Source of the DNA: Laetmonice hystrix
Taxonomy: Eukaryota
Direction: 5' to 3'
Length of the DNA stretch: 64,000 nt
NCBI GenBank assembly: GCA_965235115.1
Contig: OZ249437.1
Coordinates: 31,310,001-31,374,000, forward strand
Position 1 is the stretch's first letter, and each line of letters starts with the position of its first letter. Positions 23,692-34,945 of the stretch are shown here, piece by piece. The notes below the pieces were generated by a model. It searched no databases. It saw only the letters and a list, made by a program, of their open reading frames with translations, and was not told the origin of the DNA. Position numbers and translations under genes: made by a program.

Positions 23692-24219
23692 TGTAGCGGC
23701 AGGGGGGAAGAAGTAGCACTGGGTCGGATGAGTTTCGACTGGAACTTTATTCGTCTGGTTACAACTTGTTCCTCTGGTTTCCTCGCTCGTTCCGTGAAAA
23801 CTAAATAACAGCGAAATAACAGCGACCAGAAAAAATGACCAGAACATATTTAAACTTCAACTTAAATTTACAAAACGCGTAATCGCGCAAAAATACCACG
23901 TAGGGCTTACAGAACTGCTTACCTCTATCCACCTTCTACAATACGCATATTCGCAGTTTTCGCAAATTCCCTCTTGCCGCTTTAAGCCAGTATTCACCTC
24001 TCATGGTGTCGCAAATGTGAAATGACCGGACCGATGGTAACTCAAAAATGTGACCGGTCAAATGGTCAGACTGGTCACATGGTCTGCTGACCAGTATATA
24101 AATAAATTAACTTGTTCAGGGCCACAGGTGGCGACACCTGCTAATTTAGTGACCTCTATTGGAGGGTTTGGGAACTGCTGGTTCCCGCGCATTTATAAAT
24201 GAAACCATCTTTCATTACA
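23692..24219 (-). repeat. 5' LTR of BEL element
   Basis: 528 bp, TG...CA. On the minus strand it is followed by GTGAAAACTCTAC rather than a TGG-type PBS. Confidence 0.98.
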
Positions 24220-24660
24220 ATTGTGGATGGTGGATTGTGATTGTGGGTGTGTGGGTGTAAGAGTTTCCACACTTTCAGTTTGACCATGGTTTGACTGAGT
24301 GCATCAGACTCGAACACAGGTTCAGATCCTCCTGACTAAATGACCTTCTAGGCCTACCTAGGGCTAGGCTATAGACAGGCACAGGTTTTACCTCTCCAAT
24401 TTAAAGGGGCCCCATCAATTAATTAAAAGCCACAAAATCGGCCCCCTCTCATAATAAACAACCTAGATCTAGATTTACCTGCAACCTCGTAATAAATTGG
24501 AAGCAAAACAACTGCACATGTAGTTGTAATAGTAATACGGAGCAGCGTGTGCCATCAGTAATCGCTTCCTTCGCTCCATGTAGCCACGCTGGTTTGCCAT
24601 GGGTAGATCTACAGGTATTCTATTCTATTTTATTGTAATTTTTTCTGGCAAGGTGCCACA

Positions 24661-27600
24661 ATGGATCCAACTCTGCTGAAGGAACGTGAAGCTTTCAAAA
24701 AGAGAGCACTTGCCCAGCCTACAGTTGAAAAACGAAAGAATCGAGATGAGGGTTCACATTCAGCTAAGAGGCCAAGACCATCACACCGGCCAAAACCTTG
24801 TGAGTATTATTCAATTCAGTTGTTTATTTTGAATGCTTAACTTTAGTATTACTACCATGACCTTATTTCATGAAGATGCAAGTCAATAATCCTGTTCAGT
24901 TTTTACAGGGACATTTACAGAATCTTTTCATTGTTTGGAGTATTGGAAAGTGCTAAGCAATCCCTTTGCACTTTGTTGGATTTCTTTGATGTCATCTCAC
25001 AGATATAATTTTTCATTGTAGCTTCGTCTTCACTTGACTACAAGTCTCTTGCTGGTAGTTCACAGTACAAGTTCAGTGTGTTAGCAAAGATTGTCAAGTA
25101 TATGAAGGTATGAATTTTAGTGAAGTGTTTAAAAGTGTTTGGTGCATAAAGCTCTGAAATAGATTTTGAGTAAGGAAATTAACCACATTTTTCTTTAAAG
25201 TGCACTAGTGTTGAACAATGTAAAATTATGGACATCCTGAAAAGGCATACAAAATGACAGTTTGATAAACAGTCAGATAAAGGTTTGTATGTAACCTTCC
25301 CGCTGTGATCTTTGGGCCGCGGTCGGATCTGAGGTGAATCTGTTCTATTGTCAGGCGAAGCATCAGGAAGGGGACACCTATGAGCTAACCATTGAAGAGA
25401 TCCTTGATGAAACAAATCAGCTTGATGTCGGCTCCAGTCTCAAACATTGGCTCTGTACCGAGGTACAAACTTGAAACTACTTTTAGTAATAGAAGTCTTT
25501 ATGATTGAAGCATTCTCTAGTATAATGGGTGCTGTATCATATTATCTGTGACTCTTTCCTGGACAGTCCATTTGGTAATAATAATTGCCATCTTCTCAGG
25601 TGTTACAATGAGATTGCTCCAACCATCACTAGTTTGAAATTATTTTTGAATACCATGATGGATTAATTAGCTAGACGTAATTCATAACTTTTGCAACTTG
25701 TTACGAATTTTCTATCTTCTTGTGCATGAAGGCCTTGGTGAACAACCCCAAGATAGAAGTTGTTGATGGATACAAGTACCGGTTCAAACCAAACTACACG
25801 ATCAGAGACAAGAAAGCATTGCTGCGGTTACTAGACAAACAAGATCAACGAGGACTTGGCGGAATATACTTGGATGATGTTGAAGAAGCTTTGCCCCGTT
25901 GTGATAAAGCTTTAAAGGTGAATATATTGTTTTTTCTGGCCTATTCCTGTACGTAGAGCTGAATACTTATCAATTTTAGATTAACATGCTGTGGTTCCAT
26001 TTTGTCACATTAAAAGCTTCAATAAGATGATTTATACTAGAATTTAGATTTCAGTCAACCTGGGCCCGGTAGTTCGAAAATTCTCAAGCTGTACTTAAGT
26101 CAACTTTCTCAACAAATTACTCAAGTTGAGTAAACACCGTAGTTCGAAACTTTGTGGTTTACTTAAGTACATACTTAAGTAACGGAATTTGAGTAATCCC
26201 GAGGGGCTTGCTCAACTGTTTACTCAACTTGAGTAAGTTATAGTTCCAAGCAATGCACAGGATAAAACAAGAAACAAAAAGACTTCATTAATATTTTGAT
26301 TACCTACGTATTTTTATGTCCATCTTACGTGTTGGAACAATCTCTAGGCCTACATTTTGGCCTAATGCATGACCCGGGCAGCACAACAGTGCAGATGCCA
26401 TCAAAACTGGCAGTGTAAACAAAAACGTCACGTCACTTGAGGGTCACAATAGGGAACCCCAGTAACTCACGCCAAAGTGCGTGAAAACGCGTGAAAACGG
26501 CGCAGTGGTGTCACCCTATTATCGCTTAACATAGGCGCAGATAGGACGTCTGTATTCAACCCATGACTACACTTGCTGGGGTGACTATTTTGATCAGAAA
26601 GGAGGGTTAGACTGTGAAACAGAATGTAGGAAAGGCTTAGAAAAATGTTCGGTGCCCTAGCAAACTCTTAGATATTTTAAAATCAATTAATTAGAATTAA
26701 AATCGAGAGACCCAATTAGCGACGTCAGGAACAATGCACAATAGCGCTACGTCACAATGGTCATTTGGAATGTGATCATAACGGGCCTAAATATTAATGG
26801 CGGACGGTGCTTCGCTTCGCCAGTTCAAACGTCTCTAACTGCTAAAATACACAAGGAAGAACGTTGAAACGTGACATAAGGGGATAAAATATTGAACCAA
26901 ACAATGTCACTGACTTAGAATTGTTTAGCAAGGTCCCCCCTTTCTTAATTCAAGCGCTGTCATCGCCGGAGATCGGTGAAGTTTGTGACGTTACAATTTC
27001 GTACCCTCGTAATCTGACAGTTTTTCCGTAAATCTTGAAAAGATTAAGTAACAGATGTGAATGCCATATACTTTTATAGATCGAGGATTACTGTAAAATT
27101 CGGTCTGGATAGATTCTAAAATTAAGAGTTGTGGTTTAGTATTTCTAATGGGCCGTTTTTATTGGGGCCTGGCTTGACCCAAGCCAAAGTCAATGAGTGG
27201 GCGATAATGGACTGACACCATGCGACTGCGCATGTCCGAGACTTTGGTTCCCTATAGATCTATGCGCGAAGCAACGAACGTCATCATCGTTTGTCAGCAC
27301 CGTTTGTTAATTGTGACGTCGCCGTTTGTTATCGGTGACGTAACTTAAACCTGTGTTCTCAGGATGTAAGAAAGTTTGCTCAGCTTGAGAATTTTCGAAC
27401 TACCGCTGAGAATACGTGACAGTGAGTTGAGTAATTATTCTCAGGACAGTTGAGTAAGTTTACTTAAGTACAGCTTGAGAATTTTCGAACTACCGGGCCC
27501 TGGTCCTCTGATGTTTTAGATGAATGTATTTTTTAGGTCTTGGGTGATGCCATCATTCAAGTGACTCGACCGCAGGACAAAAAGAAAGTATTATACTACA

Positions 27601-30600
27601 ATGACAAAAGTTACCAGTTCGCAGTCGATGAAGGTATGTTATTCATAACAAGAATAAGAATAATAGAAATTATAAACTTAATTGAACTGATCTATTCAGG
27701 CAGGCTGGACTTGTAAATACAATGAACAATGTATTATGCATGTCAACCCCCACCAGATGTCACTGTTGTAGTTTTGTGGATGTGGTGTTAACCACCAGGT
27801 GGCAGCACTGTTTCCACACTTCTATAAGACAATCGTAACCAGCATGACTCTTCAAGTAATCGGTTTATATATGGAAAGCAGTCAATTATGCATTAGTCTT
27901 ATACATTTTTTTGTTTGAACATTTATTAGAATTAGCCAAGTTATGGCGGAGTGTAGCAGTTGAAGGCGTGGATGAAAACAAGATTGAGGAACATCTGGAG
28001 AAACAAGGTATCTCCTCCATGCAGGATGTAGGCCCGAGAAAAGTGGTAAGAAATCAAACTTCTTTATCAAACTCCAAACCTTAGTGCTACCTTCCATCTT
28101 CCTACACTACATAATACCCAATTCACAAGTTTCTTACCTGTCTAAGTTGTCAAACACAAGCCTGCAAGTTAAACTTTTAATCTGAAATTCAGAACGTTTC
28201 AATTCAATATGAGAGACTGTCAATTACATTTTCAATTTTTTTAATGAGGAATCCAGAAGACCACAGAAAACTTCACAAACACCACCTCGTCTTTGTTACG
28301 TTAATTTACTGGTAACAGAATTGCTGTACCAATATAAAGGGTCAATAGTGGAACTTTTTAGGTCTGCCTTGTTACTAGTGATGGCTCTAGTTTTTGCCTA
28401 TGTTTGTGCCTTGTATTTTGCTGTTGTGTATTCTTAGGGCCCTGTATACGTTCTGTTCATGTGGGTGTGGGGGGATATGATTTGGAGTGGGTGTGTGCCA
28501 GGAGGTATTCCTTATTAGTAATTAGCTTGCCATTAAGTTAATGCAGCGGTGGTCGAGGCAAACATGTAGAAGGCTTGGGGTGTAAAGTAGCGATATAATC
28601 CAGGGGGCACTGGGCACCAAACAGTACTGGATTAGCAAGTTAATCTCAAGATAATCTGCTCAAGGAGGGAGCATGTCGTGGCTGGCGGTACAAGGTAGGA
28701 TTTAATGGCGCCCCAACACACAAGAATGGAATTAAGGACGGGGTTGGCATGGCTGATGTTATGAGGTAAGCGTCGACATGCGATCCCCCTGTGTCGCACT
28801 GATTAAGTAGATGATGTGGGTCAGCCAGTGGCGCCACCACGTGAGAGAAAACCGGCTCCCCCACGGCCGTGCCGTGCTCGAGTACTGCCACTGAGATATG
28901 ACGTCACCAAGGGATGGGTGGGGTCGGAAACCTGCCGTCACACCCGACACGGTCATAGTACAATATAGAACCTACCGTCACACCCGACACGGTCATAGTA
29001 CAATATAGAACCTACCGTCACGGTCATAGTACAATATAGAACCTACCGTCACACCCGGCACGGTCATAGTACAATAAAATTATAGAACCAACCGTCACAC
29101 CCGACACGGTCATAGTACAATAAATAACTTACCGTCACACCCGACACGGTCATAGTACAATATAGAACCTACCGTCACACCCGACACGGTCATAGTACAA
29201 TATAGAACCTACCGTCACACCCGACACGGTCATAGTACAATATAGAACCTACCGTCACACCCGACATGGTCATAGTACAATATAGAACCTACCGTGACAC
29301 CCGACACGGTCATAGTACAATATAGAACCTACCGTCACACCCGACACGGTCACAGTACAATATAGAAGCTACCGTCACACCCGACATGATCATACACGTA
29401 GTGCAATATAGAACCTACCGTCACACCCGACACGGTCACAGTACAATATAGAAGCTACCATCACACCCGACACGGTCATAGTACAATATAGAACCTACCG
29501 TCACACCCGACACGTTCATAGTACGATATAGAACCTACCGTCACACCCGACACGTTCATAGTACAATATAAAACCTACGGTCACAGCCGACACGTTCATA
29601 GTACAATATAGAACCTGCCGTCACACCCGACATGATCATAGTACAATATAGAACCTACCGTCACACCCGGCACGTTCATAGTACAATATACATGTAGAAC
29701 CTACCGTCACACCTGACACGTTCATAGTACAATATAAAACCTACGGTCACAGCCGACACGTTCATAGTACAATATAGAACCTACCGTCACACCCGACATG
29801 ATCATAGTACAATATAGAACCTCCCGTCACAGCCGACACGTTCATAGTACAATATAGAACCTACCGTCACACCCGACACGGTCATAGTACAATATAGAAC
29901 CTACCGTCACACCCGACACGGTCATAGTACAATATAGAACCTACCGTCACACCCGACACGGTCATAGTACAATATAGAACCTACCGTCACACCCGACACG
30001 GTCATAGTACAATATAGAACCTACCGTCACACCCGACACGTTCATAGTACAATATAAAACCTACGGTCACACCCGACACGGTCATAGTACAATATAGAAC
30101 CTACCGTCACAACCGACACGGTCATAGTACAATATAGAACCTACCGTCACACCCGACATGATCATAGTACAATATAGAACCTCCCGTCACAGCCGACACG
30201 TTCATAGTACAATATAGAACCCACCGTCACACCCGACATGATCATACACGTAGTACAATATAGAACCTGAATATATGCGCTGAGGGTTTTACACTTCTTC
30301 TATACAAAATATGTATGCCAGGAGTTGCCAGGAGGAAGTTGAAATATGGTGGCAAGGATAGCCCTCTCAGACACATATCTTTTTTCGCTCCGTCTGTATG
30401 AATTCAGTTATCAAGTCACGCTTGGTTTTAACATCTTGTGTTTTAGAAAGCAAACCGTATTTAGATGGAATGCTACAAATAACGGGATGACTCGATCAGA
30501 AATTAAGTTGGGTCCTATAATTAGCTCGTCCGTGATAGTTGAAAGAAATAACTGTGTAAGAAGGTTTGCTAATTAGTGAGGTTACTACGTATTACCGTGT

Positions 30601-31424
30601 CGGGAATAACATGGGTGGTCGGTTTTAGGACCACGGTTTACCATGATGAGAGGGTCTTTTACAGATCTGACGGCGTTACCCGCCGTCCTTCTCAACCGTC
30701 CCGAATTCAAGCTCACGGCGGCCGCTCCTTTGGGCCAGATTTCAATCTGTTCGCACCGGGGCAAATCTCCGGCAAGTTCATCCTGTCTCTCAGCTGCAAA
30801 AACCCGATAAGCCCACATCAAAGGGGAGGGCCTGTCGGAATGGTGCAGTCACGTCGTAGGCTGATTGCTGGCACAAGGCCATCTTAGCCAACGACAATGT
30901 AATTTACCACAGTTCAATTAGCAACTCATTAGGCCAACATTTGATCTGCAGCTATTTTCACCACTGACTTGATTCCCAGTGGATTTCAGCTGGAGAATGG
31001 AATCGGAGTGAAGCTCATCTCATGGGCTAAAAAAACGCGGCGAATTTGACCTAGATGATATCGGTTGATTGATTGGGTCACCCTCGAAGTGACAAGTGTT
31101 TCTATTGGCTGAAATGGCAGGAGATTCTCATGTTTCCGTCCGACGTCGGCATTACGTGCTGGTGTCACGGCACTGCCAACGTTTGGCGTGTTGTTTTTAG
31201 AAATCGTGTGTGTTTTACCTGTCCTCATCAGATTCACGGATTGATCACACCTCGCATGGAAGGACCAACAGGAAATTTATCGTATAATTGTTTTCTCTAT
31301 CTCTTTGCTTCAGGTACCTGTACAAAAGAGAAAGAAAGGTGCCAACAGAAAGAAACGTCCAACAAAGACACACAACGAGCATATGGGCGACATTCTGCAG
31401 GATTACTCGGACCTGCAGAAGTGA
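24661..31424 (+). CDS. GTF2E2: General transcription factor IIE subunit 2 (TFIIE beta)
   Basis: Exons 24661-24799, 25022-25107, 25355-25462, 25732-25917, 27537-27633, 27930-28045, 31314-31424, all GT-AG and phase-consistent. Protein reads [26 protein letters not shown]...[14 protein letters not shown]...[14 protein letters not shown]...[13 protein letters not shown]...[16 protein letters not shown]...LWRSV...[19 protein letters not shown]. Confidence 0.96.
26063..27499. mobile_element. PIF/Harbinger-type non-autonomous element (1437 bp) in GTF2E2 intron 4
   Basis: 38-bp perfect TIR GGCCCGGTAGTTCGAAAATTCTCAAGCTGTACTTAAGT, extending further with mismatches. 3-bp TSD CTG at 26060-62 and 27500-02. 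Subterminal copies of CGTAGTTCGAAA. No transposase ORF. Confidence 0.85.
27792..27807 (+). promoter_or_regulatory. CTCF-like core motif
   Basis: CCACCAGGTGGCAGCA matches the CCASYAGRKGGCRS consensus. Motif match only. Confidence 0.4.
28929..30268. repeat. 40-bp minisatellite, about 33 copies, in GTF2E2 intron 6
   Basis: Unit CTACCGTCACACCCGACACGGTCATAGTACAATATAGAAC with recurring variants. Confidence 0.97.
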
Positions 31425-31791
31425 CCTGCAGCTTCTGGTTGTGGTCCACGACCTGCACGATTGAACAGAAGATGTCGACTCGCTGGGCCTGCCGGTTTGG
31501 TGATAGGGCGGAGTGACACGGGTTCCCGATGATATGGCACACGGAGTTACCTGAGTTACCATGACAACATGATGTCGTCTAGCCATCATCTAACTTGGAC
31601 ATTACCAGCGATTTGTATTTAATGCTACCATTATTATTGTAAGTTTTGTACAGGAAAAAGAATGTTTTGAAGACATTTCTTCAGAGATGATGAATGTGGA
31701 TGTATTCATTGGTTCGCACACTGTATCTGCGATGAATGGGAGAAATATAATACAAACCTCTGATTTCTTATTCTGATTTATTTGTCTATAT

Positions 31792-31925
31792 TTATCCCCA
31801 ACCCGAAGGGGCCGGGGCTTCTAATTTGTCCGACGTACGTCCGGGCGGACGTACGTCTGGGCGGACGTAGGCCTACGTATGTAGCCTACGTCTGTGGACA
31901 GCGATTTCTTGGAGCTGTATGGATC
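31792..31925 (+). mobile_element. Possible Helitron/Helentron-associated INE-like (HINE/DINE-1-like) 5' fragment
   Basis: TTATCCCC plus a GC-rich short hairpin (ACCCGAAGGGGCCGGGG), followed by a GTCC/GGAC/CGTA-type microsatellite-like core. This layout is typical of such elements; boundaries are uncertain. Confidence 0.4.
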
Positions 31926-32143
31926 AAATTGTTTATTCTGAAACTGTAGTTCATATTACATTATCGCACACTTTATTGGAAGTAAGGCCGACAGACACAC
32001 AATATATGCGATCCGTTTAACGATAATTTAATAGATACGCATCAATTTGAGATAATATGGTTTTTAAAAACAAAGATTTGCTAGTTTGACGTTCTATCTC
32101 CCGGAGCGATTGACCTTGAGATCATCGGTAGTTGCCAGGGGTG

Positions 32144-32159
32144 CTGCTAGGGGGCAGCA
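32144..32159 (+). promoter_or_regulatory. CTCF-like core motif just downstream of GTF2E2
   Basis: CTGCTAGGGGGCAGCA. Motif match only. Confidence 0.35.
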
Positions 32160-33118
32160 GTTTAGACGCCCTCCTGACAGTGAACACAGTCGGTTGTTGA
32201 AATGGACGATCACCCCCATGGACGCGCAGGGTAGGCCCCTATATACCAGACCGACGTCCGTTCTGAACCACTCACTCTAACAGTACATCTGAGAATTTTG
32301 TATGGTGCCGAAAAGGTTAGTCAACCTGACAAAATCCACGTTTCTTTTCGCCAATATCCCCTTGAAAAGATTTCTAAACAACGTTCGACTATGGCCTGAT
32401 TTGGTGAACGTGTATCGCGCGACCACTGTTCTTCAACAGATCTTCATGGCAATGATAAATACAATGTAGCGTGGTAACTCGTGGCCTCCCACCCCGCTCG
32501 TGGTGGCTTGTAGTAGTATATGGAGATGGGAGTCTAGGTTCGGCGGAAAGTAGGCCTAATAGTGCGAGGGAAGGGCGGGGACGCTCTTTGAACTACAGAG
32601 AGTCGGTCTCAGCACTGGTTTACGACAGGATTCACACATCATTTATATCTCTCGACCTTTTTCACATTTTCCATTCACGTGCCTGCTTTTCTCATGATTT
32701 TAAACGGGGCAAAGCTTACTTTATATAGTGAATGACTGGCCAGCCGAGGCAAAGAACAGACAGTTGTTTCATAATGAAGTATTCTTGTACCCTGTGGAGG
32801 CCCTGTTTTATAGTTCAGCTGTTTCAAATCTATAGTTCTATGGTTTCAGTAGTCATATTACGTAGGCCCCCCTATGTATAAACCTAACAATGATCAACCA
32901 TGAGAACTCTCTACACCTGCAACATTAAATGCCGACGTGCAACACAAATAGGAGCTACAGTAGGTCCCCTATCTTCATGATGTTGGTTGTTTGGTCTTGC
33001 ACAAATTATCCGTCTAAATAACAAGTAGGCCCCTATCCCCCCCCCCCGCCCCCCTTAGCCAACACTACTACCACCAAACTAAGTAGGCATATAGGCACCA
33101 AACGAGCGGAGATACACA

Positions 33119-33243
33119 CTGGGGCCAGTTGCATGACTGTCCGTTCGTTAATTTCCCCATGTATTTTCAATGAGAATTTTAACGAACGGACAGTCATGCA
33201 ACTGGCCCCAGGGGCCACTTGCATGACTGTCCGTTCGTTAAAA
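33119..33243. mobile_element. Minimal Harbinger-like MITE hairpin plus a third terminal copy
   Basis: 33-bp perfect inverted arms CTGGGGCCAGTTGCATGACTGTCCGTTCGTTAA (33119-33151) and its complement (33179-33211) with a 27-nt spacer. Another left end, GGGCCACTTGCATGACTGTCCGTTCGTTAA, follows immediately. Confidence 0.7.
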
Positions 33244-34343
33244 TTATCATTGACCTGGTGAAATCAATGTAAACAAGGACACGGGGCCCTTCCGATTTTG
33301 ACTGATATGCCCTGAAACTTTGGCATGGGACCGCTGAATTTCCCAGCCTCCGTGAACCCCAAGCAGGCAGAGGGTCGAACAGGGCAAGAATGATTACTGC
33401 CGCGACTTGTTTGCCAGCTGTGCTCCACTTTGTTGTCACGAGGAAAGATCCCATTGATCAGACTGGAGGAAGCCAACCAACCGACCCGTTTCAGACGGCC
33501 GCCAGCCGCGCCCGCCAACAACAGTGACTTTCGTTCTGATTATTCCCGACTCACCGACGATTAATGGTGGTCGGAACGCTGAAGTTAATCACGTGACTTG
33601 GCTACAAACACTGACCCCTCAGTCTAAAGGAGGCAGGGGCCACGACATCTGGGACTTTTTCCTTTGTGTGTAAGAGGTTTTTTTTCTGCCCGGCCCTTCG
33701 AGCGGCGGATGATGAATGAAAACGAGGCAGCGGTTCCATGCGTAGATTGCTGTGATCAGTAAAATACGCCGTTGTTTCTCATGTCGACGCACGTCTTGAG
33801 GCCTTGTACTACATCTACCACCTACCGAGACTGACGTAACACGTACCGACCGACAAACGGAAAATGGAGTCCCAGGTATGCGAAACGGAGCTTTCCGGAG
33901 GGCGTTCAATCTATCACGTAGACATTGGCCCTCTGCGTTGCCTAGCTATTCTATGTCGTGTAGCGTAGGACTGGAAATGCGGATTTAACTTTTAAAAAAG
34001 AACATACACAGGGATTAGGGGAGGGGAAATTACAGGTTGTGGATCTGAATTTTTACACAGGTTCTAGGCCCATGCATAGGCTACAGTGCTGCCACTCTGG
34101 AGTTGACCAAAAAAGTAGGCATCTTGGCTAAAATCTTTTTTTGACAGAACTATGCCTATCCAAATGTGAAAACGTATTAAAAAATGCATTAGGCCTAATT
34201 TGCGCCAATTTAGGGGGCCTACCCTGATTTGTAAGGATTTGTTGCCATGTTTAGCTTTAAGAGGCTTGGTTACCCAGTCGGGTCATCGGATTTTACCTTG
34301 GCACCCCCTGATTGTGAGTATATTCCGGCCTCGCCCCCAAACA

Positions 34344-34945
34344 GGGATATAGGAGTGACAACATCTGTCTTAGCCTCAACCCGTTAAATTTGATCATAAG
34401 TAGTATATGGAAATGCGTGTAAGGGTCAGGCTAGATTGAACTAATAGTTTTTGTAAATCGGATATATAAGGGTAGTACTGGAGGTAATTCACAGTATAGT
34501 ACTGGAGGTGATTACTGGAGGTGATTCATTCAGCATGCCAATACGAATAGTACCGAAGTGTAAAAAAAACCGGGGATATCGGAGTTACAACATCTGCCTT
34601 AGCCCTAACCCGTTAAATTTGATCATAAGTAGTATATGGAAATGCGTGTAAGGGTCAGGCTAGATTGAAGTAATAGAGTTTTTGTACATATTTGTGATAT
34701 ATAGTACTGGAGGAGGTCATTCATTCAGCATGCAAGAACATAATGTAGGGACTTATCTCTTCATTTTTCTTCTGTCTCTGTTATTTTTGGATGGCTCCTA
34801 GCCCCCTCCCTCGAAATAACGGACTTTTAATCACTCCAAAAGTTGGCCGTAAGTAGTATGTGAAAATGGCTATAAAGATCAGGTATCATTATTCAGAAAT
34901 ATAATTGCCATCATTGACAATACGAATAGCACTGAAGTGTCAAAA
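34344..34945. repeat. Degenerate tandem duplication/triplication, period about 230 bp
   Basis: GGGATAT..ACAACATCTG..CCCGTTAAATTTGATCATAAGTAGTATATGGAAATGCGTGTAAGGGTCAGGCTAGATTGAA occurs at 34344 and 34573. A weaker third copy lies near 34840-34945. Confidence 0.75.

Larger units (their letters stand above)
16262..24219 (-). mobile_element. Full-length BEL/Pao LTR retrotransposon (7958 bp)
   Basis: Two 528-bp TG...CA LTRs. 5-bp TSD ATTGT at 16257-16261 and 24220-24224. Single gag-pol ORF in PR-RT-RH-IN order. PPT-like GGGGAGCCA abuts the 3' LTR. Confidence 0.98.

Noticed and set aside
24296-24350. tRNA/SINE-like B-box (GTTCGAGTC) on the minus strand
   Set aside because: No convincing A-box or cloverleaf could be built.
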